From: Bacteroidota bacterium
GTDB taxonomy: Bacteria; Bacteroidota; Ignavibacteria; Kapaibacteriales; UBA2268
Length of the DNA stretch: 64,000 bases
Direction of reading: 5' to 3'
NCBI GenBank assembly: GCA_022707965.1
Contig: JAKIZO010000001.1
Location: 692-64,691, forward strand
Shown: positions 18,773-28,245 of the stretch, piece by piece
How positions within the stretch are numbered: position 1 is the first letter of the stretch
Layout of the letters: every line of letters begins with the position of its first letter
Notes under the pieces: generated by a model
The model's database searches: none
What the model saw: only the letters and a program-made list of their open reading frames with translations
Told to the model about the DNA's origin: nothing
Translations under genes and position numbers: made by a program

Positions 18773-19477
18773 CTAATTTTTGTTTTGTTTAGGGTCGATT
18801 GCACTTCCCCAGCCATTAATATCAATAGTTTTGGATTCTTCATTGTCGGTAGTGATGGAAACACGAATTGAATTAACACCGATTTGAGTGGGCGTGAATT
18901 TAACTTCGAGAGGTGTTTCTGATTTTGGTTTCAACACATCGTTAGCTTTGAGGTTTATTTTCAATGATTCAGGATTAGTCTTTATGTCTAAAATTTTAAT
19001 TGGGGCGTCAGTATTGTTTTTGAGCATAACTTTGGAACTGGCTTCCTGCATATAATAGAGCTCGTTGAAAGGAATATATTGCGGAACAACAACAATCGGA
19101 CGGAAGACATTTGCTTTGATATAGTAGTAGAAGGATTTTTTCTCGGGGTCGGTCGATTCAATCATAATGCTTTTGACAACGTTGTCGGAATAACCTGTGA
19201 TATTCAATGTAATATCCAGGTTGGCAGAATCGCCCGGAGGGAGGATTTTTTTATCAAGTGGAGCAGTGGTGCAACCGCAACCTGGCTTCACATTAACAAT
19301 GTGGAGTTCTTCGTTGCCGTGGTTGTAGATTTTAACAGTTGCTTTCAGCGGGTTATCGGTTGATTTAACCTTGCCCCAGTTATATTCATTCGGTGGGTAC
19401 ATTTCGAGTTTTGGCTGGGAATATGCAACTACACTCAAACCGATGAAAGCGACAAACAAACCTAATAATCTTCTCAT
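18773..19477 (-). CDS. DUF1573 domain-containing secreted protein
   Basis: Signal peptide plus the hallmark KPGCGCTTAPL motif of DUF1573. 234 aa. Confidence 0.75.
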   Translation of the reverse strand: MRRLLGLFVAFIGLSVVAYSQPKLEMYPPNEYNWGKVKSTDNPLKATVKIYNHGNEELHIVNVKPGCGCTTAPLDKKILPPGDSANLDITLNITGYSDNVVKSIMIESTDPEKKSFYYYIKANVFRPIVVVPQYIPFNELYYMQEASSKVMLKNNTDAPIKILDIKTNPESLKINLKANDVLKPKSETPLEVKFTPTQIGVNSIRVSITTDNEESKTIDINGWGSAIDPKQNKN

Positions 19478-19544
19478 AGCATACCTTTAAACAAAATTGA
19501 TGAAACTAACAAACAAACTTAATAAAAAAAATAATTATATCAAA

Positions 19545-20393
19545 TTAAGGTTGATTTTTTAGCAACATAAAAGTATCACGAATTGCATAAGCTGAACCAA
19601 CTACGCCAATTCCACCCTCGACGCTTCCGAGCAAAGGGTTGACAGAATTAACACCAACGTTTTGAAGATACCAGCGGACTAAATTCCAGTCTGCTGACAT
19701 AATAGCAACTTCGTGCTTGCCAAACCACTTAAAAGCAGACCACACGACGCGTGTTTTTGTTGCGGGAAGCAATCCCGAACCCGATTGCTCTTTGTAACGA
19801 TTTTCATTGATAAAAGGATTATACACCCTTCTGTTTTTTTCATTTGTCGGAGGGTCGAGATATTTGCCATATTCGAGTGTATCCAGACAAGTAATTGCAA
19901 TGATATAATAATTGAACCCGGACGCACGTGTCCAGGAAATCGAATCGCTTGGTGGAAGATTAATAGTATCTTTCGGATATTGAATGGTCTTGTTGATACG
20001 GGTTTGCCAGGAAATTTCAGATGGTGTAGTAGTTTTGCCGCTGAGAATGGTTCCATCGGGAAGTTTTACTTCAATTGAATATTCGGTATTTGGTTTTACT
20101 TTGTAATTTGCGTCGGGATAGTAATAGCCAGGTTTTACGGTATCATAGTTAAATATGAGAGGGAAAATTTGACCATCGCCTCTGATAATAACTTCTGCAT
20201 TTTTGATAAAAGCCTGGTAATGGTTATATTTGGCTGTTACAGGCTGAGTTTTTAAAACTGCAATATTCTGTATTGGTTCGCCGACAAGCAGAATTGCTTC
20301 GAGGACGTTTTCGGGTTTGTAGTCGGTCGGGACATCATCGCCACAAGCAGCAAGAAACACCAACGAAATTAATATATATTTGAGCAATTTCAT
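19545..20393 (-). CDS. Lipoprotein, DUF4249-like partner of the TonB-dependent receptor
   Basis: Lipobox (FLAACGDD). 282 aa. Starts 9 nt downstream of the receptor gene, the usual position for DUF4249 proteins. Confidence 0.5.
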   Translation of the reverse strand: MKLLKYILISLVFLAACGDDVPTDYKPENVLEAILLVGEPIQNIAVLKTQPVTAKYNHYQAFIKNAEVIIRGDGQIFPLIFNYDTVKPGYYYPDANYKVKPNTEYSIEVKLPDGTILSGKTTTPSEISWQTRINKTIQYPKDTINLPPSDSISWTRASGFNYYIIAITCLDTLEYGKYLDPPTNEKNRRVYNPFINENRYKEQSGSGLLPATKTRVVWSAFKWFGKHEVAIMSADWNLVRWYLQNVGVNSVNPLLGSVEGGIGVVGSAYAIRDTFMLLKNQP

Positions 20394-20402
20394 TTTCGCC
20401 TC

Positions 20403-22673
20403 CTAAAATTTAATTTCATAAGAAATAGTTGGTAAAATTGGGATTAATCGCACATCTTCAACCTTTGTTTCTTCTTCTTGCAGGTTGTAGTATCTGAACC
20501 AGATATCGCGCCGATTATAGACATTGTAAATATCGAAAATAAGCTTTGAATCTAAACCAAAAGACTTGAAGGAATAAGTAGCATTGAGATTGAGCTGGTG
20601 AGAAGGCGGAAGACGCAGTCCATAACGTTGAGAAGGAACGATTTTGCCACGACCGTAAGTTTGAGTTGGCAGGAATGACTGGAATCTTGAAGTCGCTCCT
20701 GTATATGATTGCCCCGATTGGAAAGTGAAAGTAGCACCAATATCCCATTTTTCGGATAAATTATATTGCATTACTACTTTGAAGTCGTGCAGTCGGTCGT
20801 ATTTTGGTCTGAACTCACGTCCGTAGTTGATACTATCGAATTTAGCGCGAATATAGCCGAGTGCATAGCCAGCCCAGCCGGTAAGCTTCCCTACTCGTTT
20901 TTGCAAGAATACTTCGAAACCATAGGAATAGGCATTTCCGATGTAGAAAACATCGCGAACGTTAGAACCTTGAAGAGCATTTTGGTTGAGTTCGCTTACG
21001 TTTCTATATTTTTTGTAATATATGTCGAAGTTTAAATCAAAGTTCTGAAAAGGCTTTGTTTCGACACTGAAAATGTAATGAATTGCACGGCTTGCAGGAA
21101 CTGTGGAATCAGTAGGCAACCAGGTATCGAAGAATGAGAAATCGGGCTGAGTGGCAAGGCGAAGGTTCTGACTGAACACACCCCAGGCAGCTTTCAAAGC
21201 AATGTTGTCAGTGAGAGTGTATCTTAAAGCCAAACGCGGATCAATCAAAATAATGTCTCTCATTTGCCAATAGTTACCACGCAATCCGGCTTGAATTGCA
21301 AATAGTTCTATCGGAGAGTAGTTTATTTGAGCGTAGGCAGAATAATTATAGTCTTTCACTTTTAGGTTTGTTGTTCCCGCAGACGAACCTACCTGAGTGC
21401 TATCGGTTTCGCCGGTGAAATTTTGCAGGAACTGAAAGTTGTAATTATTAATTTCGAGACCGAAATTATGAGTGATTTTTTCGTTAGTAAACCATTCGAA
21501 ATTAAGTTTTGCGGAATAATCAGTAATTGAATTTTCAATTAAGAATTGGTATCCCGTTTGGTCGCCGTCAAAGTTGTTGAAATAATGGCTTGCACTGAGA
21601 TTTAAATTGGCAAAAAGAGAATTAGAAAAAATATGTGTCCAGTTCATAGAAGCAAGCCTATTGCCAATGGACAAGTCCATATCAATACCGAAAGAGCTGA
21701 CCATAAGGTTGTCCTTGCTTATGAATCCGCTTAATGATAATTTATCGTTGCTACCAATGTCCTGAGTAATTTTAGCATTAACATCGTAGAAATTAAAGTC
21801 GGGAATTGGTTGCTCGGGATTATTATCGATTAAGCTTTTGACAAGTTCGAAGTAAGTGCGACGCCCACCAATGAACCAGGAACCATTGCCAAGCGGTCCT
21901 TCCAGAGTAGCACGAGAGGAAATAGCACCGATTGATGCTAACCCCTGAGTTTGGCTTCTGTCGCCATCTTTTTGAGTAATGTTCAGCACAGCCGAAAGCC
22001 GCCCACCGTATTGAGCTTCGAAACCGCCTTTGATGAGTTCTACGTCTTTGATTGCATCGGTGTTGAAAGTAGAGATAAAACCGAACAAATGAGTTGGATT
22101 ATAGACAGTCGAGCCATCAAGTAGCACTAAATTTTGGTCGGGAGAACCACCACGAACAAACAAACCACTGGAAATTTGCGATGAAGTGAGCACACCAGGC
22201 AGGTATTGCAAAGAACGGAATACATCGGATTCGCCGCCTATGCGTATTTCCTTAATAGTTTCCACGGGGACATTTACTTTGCTAATCATCACCTGGCGTT
22301 GCTCAATTTCTCGTTCGGCTTCGACCAGAACGTCTTGTTTACGAACGGCAGTTTCCTTCAATGAAATATCAAGGCGAAGTTCTTCGTTTGCTTTCAGAGT
22401 GATTTTTCTTTCGAAACGCTCGTATCCGAGGAAGGAGACAACAAGAGTGTAGCTGCCATGTGGAATGCTTGATATGCTGTAGAAGCCGTTTTTGTTCGTC
22501 CTTGTTCCTAATTTTGTGTCTTTGAGCATAACAGTGGCGGAAATGAGCGTTTCTTTGCTTCTTTCATCACGCACAAAGCCTGCTATTGATGCTGTATTCG
22601 GAGCATTTAAATTTGCACTGAGATTATAGAAGATAAGCACGCTAAAAAGACAAATTGAAATAATAATCTTCAT
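20403..22673 (-). CDS. TonB-dependent receptor with N-terminal carboxypeptidase-regulatory-like domain
   Basis: 756 aa with a signal peptide and a CarboxypepD_reg-like segment (GFVRDERSKETLISATVML...GSYTLVVSFLGYE). Plug motif DVFRSLQYLPGV and a terminal aromatic residue (YEIKF). Confidence 0.85.
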   Translation of the reverse strand: MKIIISICLFSVLIFYNLSANLNAPNTASIAGFVRDERSKETLISATVMLKDTKLGTRTNKNGFYSISSIPHGSYTLVVSFLGYERFERKITLKANEELRLDISLKETAVRKQDVLVEAEREIEQRQVMISKVNVPVETIKEIRIGGESDVFRSLQYLPGVLTSSQISSGLFVRGGSPDQNLVLLDGSTVYNPTHLFGFISTFNTDAIKDVELIKGGFEAQYGGRLSAVLNITQKDGDRSQTQGLASIGAISSRATLEGPLGNGSWFIGGRRTYFELVKSLIDNNPEQPIPDFNFYDVNAKITQDIGSNDKLSLSGFISKDNLMVSSFGIDMDLSIGNRLASMNWTHIFSNSLFANLNLSASHYFNNFDGDQTGYQFLIENSITDYSAKLNFEWFTNEKITHNFGLEINNYNFQFLQNFTGETDSTQVGSSAGTTNLKVKDYNYSAYAQINYSPIELFAIQAGLRGNYWQMRDIILIDPRLALRYTLTDNIALKAAWGVFSQNLRLATQPDFSFFDTWLPTDSTVPASRAIHYIFSVETKPFQNFDLNFDIYYKKYRNVSELNQNALQGSNVRDVFYIGNAYSYGFEVFLQKRVGKLTGWAGYALGYIRAKFDSINYGREFRPKYDRLHDFKVVMQYNLSEKWDIGATFTFQSGQSYTGATSRFQSFLPTQTYGRGKIVPSQRYGLRLPPSHQLNLNATYSFKSFGLDSKLIFDIYNVYNRRDIWFRYYNLQEEETKVEDVRLIPILPTISYEIKF

Positions 22674-22839
22674 AGTTCCTTGTAAGTTGTTGATAAATTA
22701 CCGAACTTAAAACGTAAATAATTATCAAAAGTTTCAAAAATATTATTGATTTACAATAATTAACGATTTTAACAGTGTATTATTAATTTGCTATTAATAA
22801 ATGAAGATTTAGATTGATTATATTAATTATGGTGAGAAA

Positions 22840-23634
22840 ATGAAAAAATACCTGTTTTTGCTTGGAGTTCTATTTTCTGTAAGTAATTTGTTTGCAATTG
22901 AACCATTGCTGTTTAAACCGCTTGTTGGGAATACGTTTGAGCCGCGGGTTGGAACAATTTACAATATTGATGATGAAAAATTGCGGTTGGATATTGGGAC
23001 TTCGATTGATTTAAGCACGTTGCATAAAACTGATTCGTCGGAGGTGCGCCTGGGCGGTGATTTTTTCACATATACACGGTTGCGTTCAGTAGGGCATTTT
23101 AAATTTCCGGTTGAGGCAAGCGATTATTTTTTTGGGGCAAATGTTTCAGGAAAGACCTATTTAATGGAGCAACCATTCGAATGGCGAGTGAGGTTAGCCC
23201 ATATTTCGGCACATCTGGTAGATGGCTATGCAAGCGATAGCGTATTTCTTCAACGTCCGTTCAGTTATAGTCGTGAATTTATTGAGGCAATCGGTGCAGT
23301 GCGTTATAAAAACGTAAGATTTTATGGCGGGACGACGTTTATTTTTTCCACTTTGCCGAAAAATTTAGGTAAGTGGGTGCCGCAATTTGGATTTGACGGA
23401 GAATACAAATTTTGGCGGAATTTATATCTATCGTATGGGTATGATTATAAAATCAGCAGAATAAAGAAAATCACAAAACTCAACGCAACGGGGCAATTGG
23501 GAGTAATATTTAAATCTACAATGAAAACAGGAATTGGGTTTTATATTTACAATCACAATGGCTGGAACGAACACGGAATGTTTTATGATAAAAAATTGAA
23601 TTATACGGGCATAGGATTTCAATTAATATTTTGA
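22840..23634 (+). CDS. Hypothetical outer-membrane beta-barrel protein
   Basis: Signal peptide (LLGVLFSVSNLFA), alternating hydrophobic pattern, terminal F (GFQLIF). Confidence 0.45.
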   Translation: MKKYLFLLGVLFSVSNLFAIEPLLFKPLVGNTFEPRVGTIYNIDDEKLRLDIGTSIDLSTLHKTDSSEVRLGGDFFTYTRLRSVGHFKFPVEASDYFFGANVSGKTYLMEQPFEWRVRLAHISAHLVDGYASDSVFLQRPFSYSREFIEAIGAVRYKNVRFYGGTTFIFSTLPKNLGKWVPQFGFDGEYKFWRNLYLSYGYDYKISRIKKITKLNATGQLGVIFKSTMKTGIGFYIYNHNGWNEHGMFYDKKLNYTGIGFQLIF

Positions 23635-23702
23635 AATTACAAAAAAATTTCGTTGATTTGAAAATTGTGTTTTTATTATCTTTTTAGAATAAGGTTAGAT
23701 AT

Positions 23703-24119
23703 ATGGCAAGAAGTGTTAACCGTGCCACATTAGTTGGCAATATTGGGCAAGACCCAGAATTACGCTCCACTCCTGGTGGGAGAAACGTATGCAGTTTCCG
23801 TATGGCAACATCCGAAGCTTACAAGGACAGCAACGGAGAATGGAAAGAAATTACCGATTGGCATACTGTTGTGTGCTGGGACAATTTAGCAGTGCAGGTT
23901 GCTGAAAACTTCCGCAAAGGCACAAAAGTATATGTCGAAGGGAAAATTAAGCACCGCAGCTACGAAGGCAAAGACGGTGTTACTCGCCACGTAACAGAAG
24001 TTATTGCTAACACCGTTATTTCTCTTGGTAGCCGTAAAACTAATGATAATCAGGAAAAAGAAACTTACGACGAACCTGATTTCAGCGAAGGCACACCCGA
24101 CGACGACGTGCCATTTTAA
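23703..24119 (+). CDS. ssb: Single-stranded DNA-binding protein
   Basis: OB-fold N-terminus (VNRATLVGNIGQDPELR) and an acidic C-terminal tip (DDDVPF). Confidence 0.95.
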   Translation: MARSVNRATLVGNIGQDPELRSTPGGRNVCSFRMATSEAYKDSNGEWKEITDWHTVVCWDNLAVQVAENFRKGTKVYVEGKIKHRSYEGKDGVTRHVTEVIANTVISLGSRKTNDNQEKETYDEPDFSEGTPDDDVPF

Positions 24120-24125
24120 GGTTCA

Positions 24126-24815
24126 ATGAAGAAAATTGTACTTTTTGATATAGATGGTACTATTTTAAATGTCGAAAGTTCGCTCGCCAGAAGTATCTTT
24201 ATTGATACTTTTGGCGAGATGTTTAGTATAGACATTTCTCAAAATATCCCATCATTCCACGGAAAAACTGATTTGCAAATAATTGCTGATATTGCTCAGT
24301 TATACAAAATTGATTACAGCAGTAGTATTGAGCAAATCTGGGAGAATATTTTCGAAAAATTTGAGCAAAGAATTTCAAAAGACAGCATAACGATTTTGCC
24401 AGGTGCAGCTGAATTAATCGAGGAGATTGACAGGGCAGATAATTTCGAAATGGGATTGGTTACGGGCAATTTTCGGAAGAATGCGTATTTGAAATTGTCG
24501 CTGGTGGGGCTGGATAGGTATTTCCCTTTCGGTGGGTTTGGGGACGATTGTCCAGACCGCAATAAATTACCAATAATAGCGATTGAAAGAGCAAAGCAAA
24601 GCAAAATTATCGACGAAAGCTACTCAATTTCTAATTCAGTGATAATTGGAGATACTTTCCGCGATATTCAGGCGGCGAAAAGCAATTCGCTCAAAGCAGT
24701 TGCTGTTGCCACAGGCAAAGCACCGTCAAGCGAACTGCGTCATTATACTCCTGATGTGTTGTTTGAGGATTTATCCGACTACAAAACAGTGTTCGATTGT
24801 CTGAAAAAATTATAA
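24126..24815 (+). CDS. HAD-superfamily hydrolase (phosphoglycolate phosphatase-like)
   Basis: LFDIDGTIL motif I, a VTGN motif II-like segment and GDTFRDIQAA motif IV. Confidence 0.75.
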   Translation: MKKIVLFDIDGTILNVESSLARSIFIDTFGEMFSIDISQNIPSFHGKTDLQIIADIAQLYKIDYSSSIEQIWENIFEKFEQRISKDSITILPGAAELIEEIDRADNFEMGLVTGNFRKNAYLKLSLVGLDRYFPFGGFGDDCPDRNKLPIIAIERAKQSKIIDESYSISNSVIIGDTFRDIQAAKSNSLKAVAVATGKAPSSELRHYTPDVLFEDLSDYKTVFDCLKKL

Positions 24816-24820
24816 AAAGT

Positions 24821-25492
24821 ATGAAAAAAATTGTGATTGCAATAGATGGTCCCGCAGGTTCGGGCAAAAGTTCTTCTGCAAAGATTGTAGCTGAGCGGCT
24901 TGGGTATATATACATAGACACAGGTGCTATGTATCGTGCTGTAACGCTGGAAGCAATTCGACGTGGAATAGCCGAAAACGAAGCTGAAATTTGCAAAATA
25001 CTTGATGAATTAAAAATCGAACTTCGCACCTCACCGCAGGGACAGCGAACAATACTCAACGGCGAAGATGTATCCGAGGATATTCGACTGCCGGAAGTAA
25101 CACGGTTGGTTTCCCCTGTTAGTGCAATAGGATGCGTTCGCGATAAACTTGTTGCAGAGCAGAGGCGAATAGGCGAAAGCGGCGGAATAGTAATGGATGG
25201 GCGCGACATTGGAACAGTTGTTTTTCCGAACGCAGAGCTTAAAATATATCTTGTAGCGTCTATCGAAGCAAGAGCAGAGCGGCGAGCAAAGGAATTGCGA
25301 GCAAAAGGCATCCCCGTAGAAATCGAGGAGATAAAGAAGCAAATTATCGAACGAGACAATTACGATAGTAGTCGGGCGATAAGCCCATTGCGACAAGCCG
25401 AAGACGCAATATTGATTGATACATCAGAAATGACATTGGAGCAACAATCGGAGCTAATCATTGAACTTGCTAATAAAATTATAAATTCATAA
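24821..25492 (+). CDS. cmk: Cytidylate kinase
   Basis: ATG at 24821 falls just after the HAD gene stop. IAIDGPAGSGKSS P-loop and MDGRDIGT motif. Confidence 0.9.
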   Translation: MKKIVIAIDGPAGSGKSSSAKIVAERLGYIYIDTGAMYRAVTLEAIRRGIAENEAEICKILDELKIELRTSPQGQRTILNGEDVSEDIRLPEVTRLVSPVSAIGCVRDKLVAEQRRIGESGGIVMDGRDIGTVVFPNAELKIYLVASIEARAERRAKELRAKGIPVEIEEIKKQIIERDNYDSSRAISPLRQAEDAILIDTSEMTLEQQSELIIELANKIINS

Positions 25493-25508
25493 GTTAAGAA
25501 AAAAAAAT

Positions 25509-25539
25509 TTTGTCAATAAATATTATTATGTTATTTTTG
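25509..25539 (+). promoter_or_regulatory. Bacteroidota-type promoter (TTTG-N19-TATTTTTG) for rpsD
   Basis: TTTG at 25509-25512 and TATTTTTG at 25532-25539, about 70 nt upstream of the rpsD ATG. Confidence 0.5.
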
Positions 25540-25608
25540 TAATCCGTTTATTTTATAAATTTTTATGTTGTTTGATATTATTTAAAATAACAATAAAAGC
25601 GAGGAAAA

Positions 25609-26211
25609 ATGAATTATACGGGTCCAAAGGTCAAATTATCCAGAAAATTAGGGATAAATTTAACCGTTAAAGCAAAAAAATACAGCAGCAGAAAACCAAA
25701 TCCTCCTGGTCAGCACGGAGCTGCAAAGAAACGTGCAAAGCTTTCGGACTACGGACGTCAGTTACTCGAAAAGCAGCGTCTTCGTTTGCAATATAACGTT
25801 TCTGAAAAGCAAATGGGCAACTACTACAAGAAAGCAACAAGAATGCAGGGCAACACAGCCGAAAATCTTGTGCTATTGCTTGAAACACGCCTTGATGCTG
25901 TGGTATATCGAGCGGGATTTGCTCGTTCGATTTATGCTGCTCGTCAGTTTGTTAAGCACGGGCATTTCCTGGTGAACGGGCGCCGTTTGGATGTGCCTTC
26001 GTATCAGGTGAAGACTTCTGATGTAATCCAATTGCGTGAAAAGAGCCGCAATATAGAAGCATTCCAGGAATCAATTCGCAATTCTGCACCACCTGCTTAT
26101 CTTGAAGTATCGAAAGCAGATTTTTCAGCGAAATTGCTCTATCCGCCAAAGAGAGAAGAAATTCCTGTTCAATGCGAAGTTTCACTTGTTGTCGAGTATT
26201 ATTCGAGATAA
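25609..26211 (+). CDS. rpsD: 30S ribosomal protein S4
   Basis: YTGPKVKLSRKLG N-terminus and an S4 RNA-binding domain (LETRLDAVVYRAGFARS). 200 aa. Confidence 0.95.
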   Translation: MNYTGPKVKLSRKLGINLTVKAKKYSSRKPNPPGQHGAAKKRAKLSDYGRQLLEKQRLRLQYNVSEKQMGNYYKKATRMQGNTAENLVLLLETRLDAVVYRAGFARSIYAARQFVKHGHFLVNGRRLDVPSYQVKTSDVIQLREKSRNIEAFQESIRNSAPPAYLEVSKADFSAKLLYPPKREEIPVQCEVSLVVEYYSR

Positions 26212-26233
26212 TTCTATCAATATATTGCTCAAA

Positions 26234-26266
26234 GCCCGCTATTTTTTGAAATGGCGGGTTTTTTAT
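26234..26266 (+). terminator. Rho-independent terminator after rpsD
   Basis: CCCGCTAT...ATGGCGGG stem followed by TTTTTTATT. Confidence 0.65.
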
Positions 26267-26338
26267 TCAAAAATTTATAAAATACTTTGTTAATTTATTC
26301 GATATAAGCATAAAAGTAAAACAATTTGGAGGTGTGTA

Positions 26339-26578
26339 ATGTTCTGGACCCCTGAACTTGCAGCATATTTAGAAGATGCACCCTGGCCTGCAACAAAAGA
26401 AGAACTTTTCGATTACGCTATGCGTTCGGGCTGCCCGCAGCAGGTGCTCGATAACATCGCCGAGCTTGAAGATAGCGACGAACTTATCGAAGGAATGGAA
26501 GATTTGTGGCCTGAATACGAAGATATGGCAAACGAAGAATATTTTTATAACGACGACGAAGAAGAGCAATACATTTAA
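26339..26578 (+). CDS. DUF2795-like small protein with acidic tail
   Basis: 79 aa. The YLEDAPWPATKEELFDYAMRSGCPQQVLDNIAEL pattern resembles DUF2795. GGAGG lies upstream of the ATG. Confidence 0.55.
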   Translation: MFWTPELAAYLEDAPWPATKEELFDYAMRSGCPQQVLDNIAELEDSDELIEGMEDLWPEYEDMANEEYFYNDDEEEQYI

Positions 26579-26586
26579 GCAAACAG

Positions 26587-26618
26587 TCGGGGCTTATTGC
26601 AAAGCCCCGATTTTGTTT
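26587..26618 (+). terminator. Rho-independent terminator (probably serves both convergent genes)
   Basis: TCGGGGCT-TATTGCAA-AGCCCCGA hairpin followed by TTTTGTTT. It lies between the convergent stops at 26578 and 26635. Confidence 0.75.
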
Positions 26619-26634
26619 GCGTCGCTATGTCACA

Positions 26635-27915
26635 TTATTTGACTATAGTTATTGGTATGGCAACAGTTTCTTTTTGATTGCTAAGGCGAACGAAAAATTT
26701 TCCGGCACCGATTTCATTCAGTTCTATTGTATTTGAATATAGTTTCCCTTCTTTTACTATTTTACCTTCCAGCGAAACAATTGAAAAATCATCGAAATTT
26801 AAATGATTAGCTTCAATTTTAATGAAAGATGTTGCGGGATTAGGATAAACTTTTATCATTTGTGCTAAATCCTTTACGCTTGCAAGCGGGCTAACCCAAA
26901 TGGTAACAAAGTCGTTTGCAGAATAATCAGGGTTGTTTATCAAGGCAGCAACGAATACATCATTATCATAATAATTTCCCCAGAGCATTCCTTCAACTTT
27001 TTTGCCTGCATTAATGGTAATGACGGGTTGATTTTCTGTCGTCTTGAATTCATAAATATTTCCATCATAAGCTGAAACTCTGAATTTTGTGCCTTCGGGA
27101 TTGAACACTAATTCACGGGGACCATCCCAACCAGTTGTCCCAACTTCATATTCGAAAGTTTCATCAATATCGAGAGCGTATCTGAACACTTTACGGCTTC
27201 CGTTAGAAACAACGTAGAGCTGGTTGTCTCTGATTTCAAAATAATTGCCGAATGAACCTGCGGGATAGGATTTAATTTCTTCTTTTGTTGATAAATCATA
27301 AACAGTTACGTAGCTGTCTTCTGCACCCGTTCCTTCGTTAAGCACAAACAATTTTTCGTTGAAAATCTGACACATTTGCACATTCATTTTGGCTTCAATG
27401 GTGTCTTTTGCTTCTTTTGTAGCAAGGTCGATTGAAATCACGTAATTGTGCTCGGGCGACCAGGAACCTGGTGGGGTTACGCGGGTTGAAACATAAAGCA
27501 AGCCATTATCAATGAAAAAGCCATAAACAGTGTGTTCAAATTCAATAGAGTCCACAAGGCTACCGTTAGTAATATTATACTTCCAGATATATCCATTAGT
27601 TTGAAGATAAAGGAATTCTTCATCGAAAAGTGCTCTTACGGGGAAGCTATTCAGTCCGAAAGGGAATTCAATGATTTTCGAAGCGGAAAGCGGTCCCATT
27701 CCAATCGGGTCATTACGCCAGAGTGAGGGCGGTTCGTCTGTGTCGGGGTCGTAATTGCCATCGAAATTGGCGTCGACACCTTTACATAATACATAAAAAT
27801 CGGAATTATAGTGATAAATCATAAGTGGCTGCAAGCCAACGGATACATTAATTTGAGCATTTAAATAGAAAATGCTGACAAACATTAATGCGAAAAACGC
27901 ATATAAATGCTTCAT
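26635..27915 (-). CDS. Secreted, possibly beta-propeller, repeat protein with T9SS C-terminal sorting domain; under cobalamin riboswitch control
   Basis: ATG at 27915 lies 8 nt after GGAGG. Signal peptide (FFALMFVSIFYLNAQ), repeated short beta-strand motifs, and a C-terminal type-A T9SS CTD (KVYPNPATSFIKIE...GKFFVRL...IPITIVK). Confidence 0.7.
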   Translation of the reverse strand: MKHLYAFFALMFVSIFYLNAQINVSVGLQPLMIYHYNSDFYVLCKGVDANFDGNYDPDTDEPPSLWRNDPIGMGPLSASKIIEFPFGLNSFPVRALFDEEFLYLQTNGYIWKYNITNGSLVDSIEFEHTVYGFFIDNGLLYVSTRVTPPGSWSPEHNYVISIDLATKEAKDTIEAKMNVQMCQIFNEKLFVLNEGTGAEDSYVTVYDLSTKEEIKSYPAGSFGNYFEIRDNQLYVVSNGSRKVFRYALDIDETFEYEVGTTGWDGPRELVFNPEGTKFRVSAYDGNIYEFKTTENQPVITINAGKKVEGMLWGNYYDNDVFVAALINNPDYSANDFVTIWVSPLASVKDLAQMIKVYPNPATSFIKIEANHLNFDDFSIVSLEGKIVKEGKLYSNTIELNEIGAGKFFVRLSNQKETVAIPITIVK

Positions 27916-28038
27916 AAAAGAAACCTCCAATTATTTAATATATCTATAAAATCTGAAGGAAATGAAAGAAATATAGTGTCCTTTCGCTTCCCTCATCCAT
28001 CAGTTTGCGCTGATGTACCACACCTGGTGGTCAATGAG

Positions 28039-28204
28039 CATTGCAAATCGGTCTTCTGACTTGAGCATCGAACCCTTGTGCTTTGCCTTCCCATTCTGTT
28101 CGAACAGTGGCTGCTTGCACGGATAGGCAAGCGTAAAGCCAAAGTAGCTCTTACAGCGGCGCAACCGTACAGGATTTTCACCTGTTTCCCGTGCATTTGC
28201 AATG
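28039..28204 (-). promoter_or_regulatory. Cobalamin (B12) riboswitch aptamer
   Basis: The minus-strand RNA has a 10-bp P1 (CAUUGCAAAU at 28204-28195 pairing with AUUUGCAAUG at 28048-28039). It also has GGGAAACAGGUGAAAAUCCUGU, GCCGCUGUAAGAGC, GCCACUG-hairpin-GGGAAGGC, and the B12 box AGUCAGAAGACC directly 5' of the closing strand. Confidence 0.9.
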
Positions 28205-28214
28205 GCATTATTCT

Positions 28215-28245
28215 CAAAAATAGAAAAATAATGTTATTTAGCAAA
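28215..28245 (-). promoter_or_regulatory. Bacteroidota-type promoter (TTTG-N19-TATTTTTG) driving the riboswitch transcript
   Basis: On the minus strand, TTTG is at 28245-28242 and TATTTTTG at 28222-28215, about 10 nt upstream of the P1 5' strand. Confidence 0.55.

Noticed and set aside
24691-25359. 222-aa ORF antisense to cmk
   Set aside because: It is the mirror frame of a well-supported cytidylate kinase gene. The product is Ser/Arg/Ile-rich with no motif, typical of antisense shadow ORFs. The same reasoning applies to 44106-44513, 37958-38446, 59046-59600, 63332-63844, 10465-10923 and 41200-41601.
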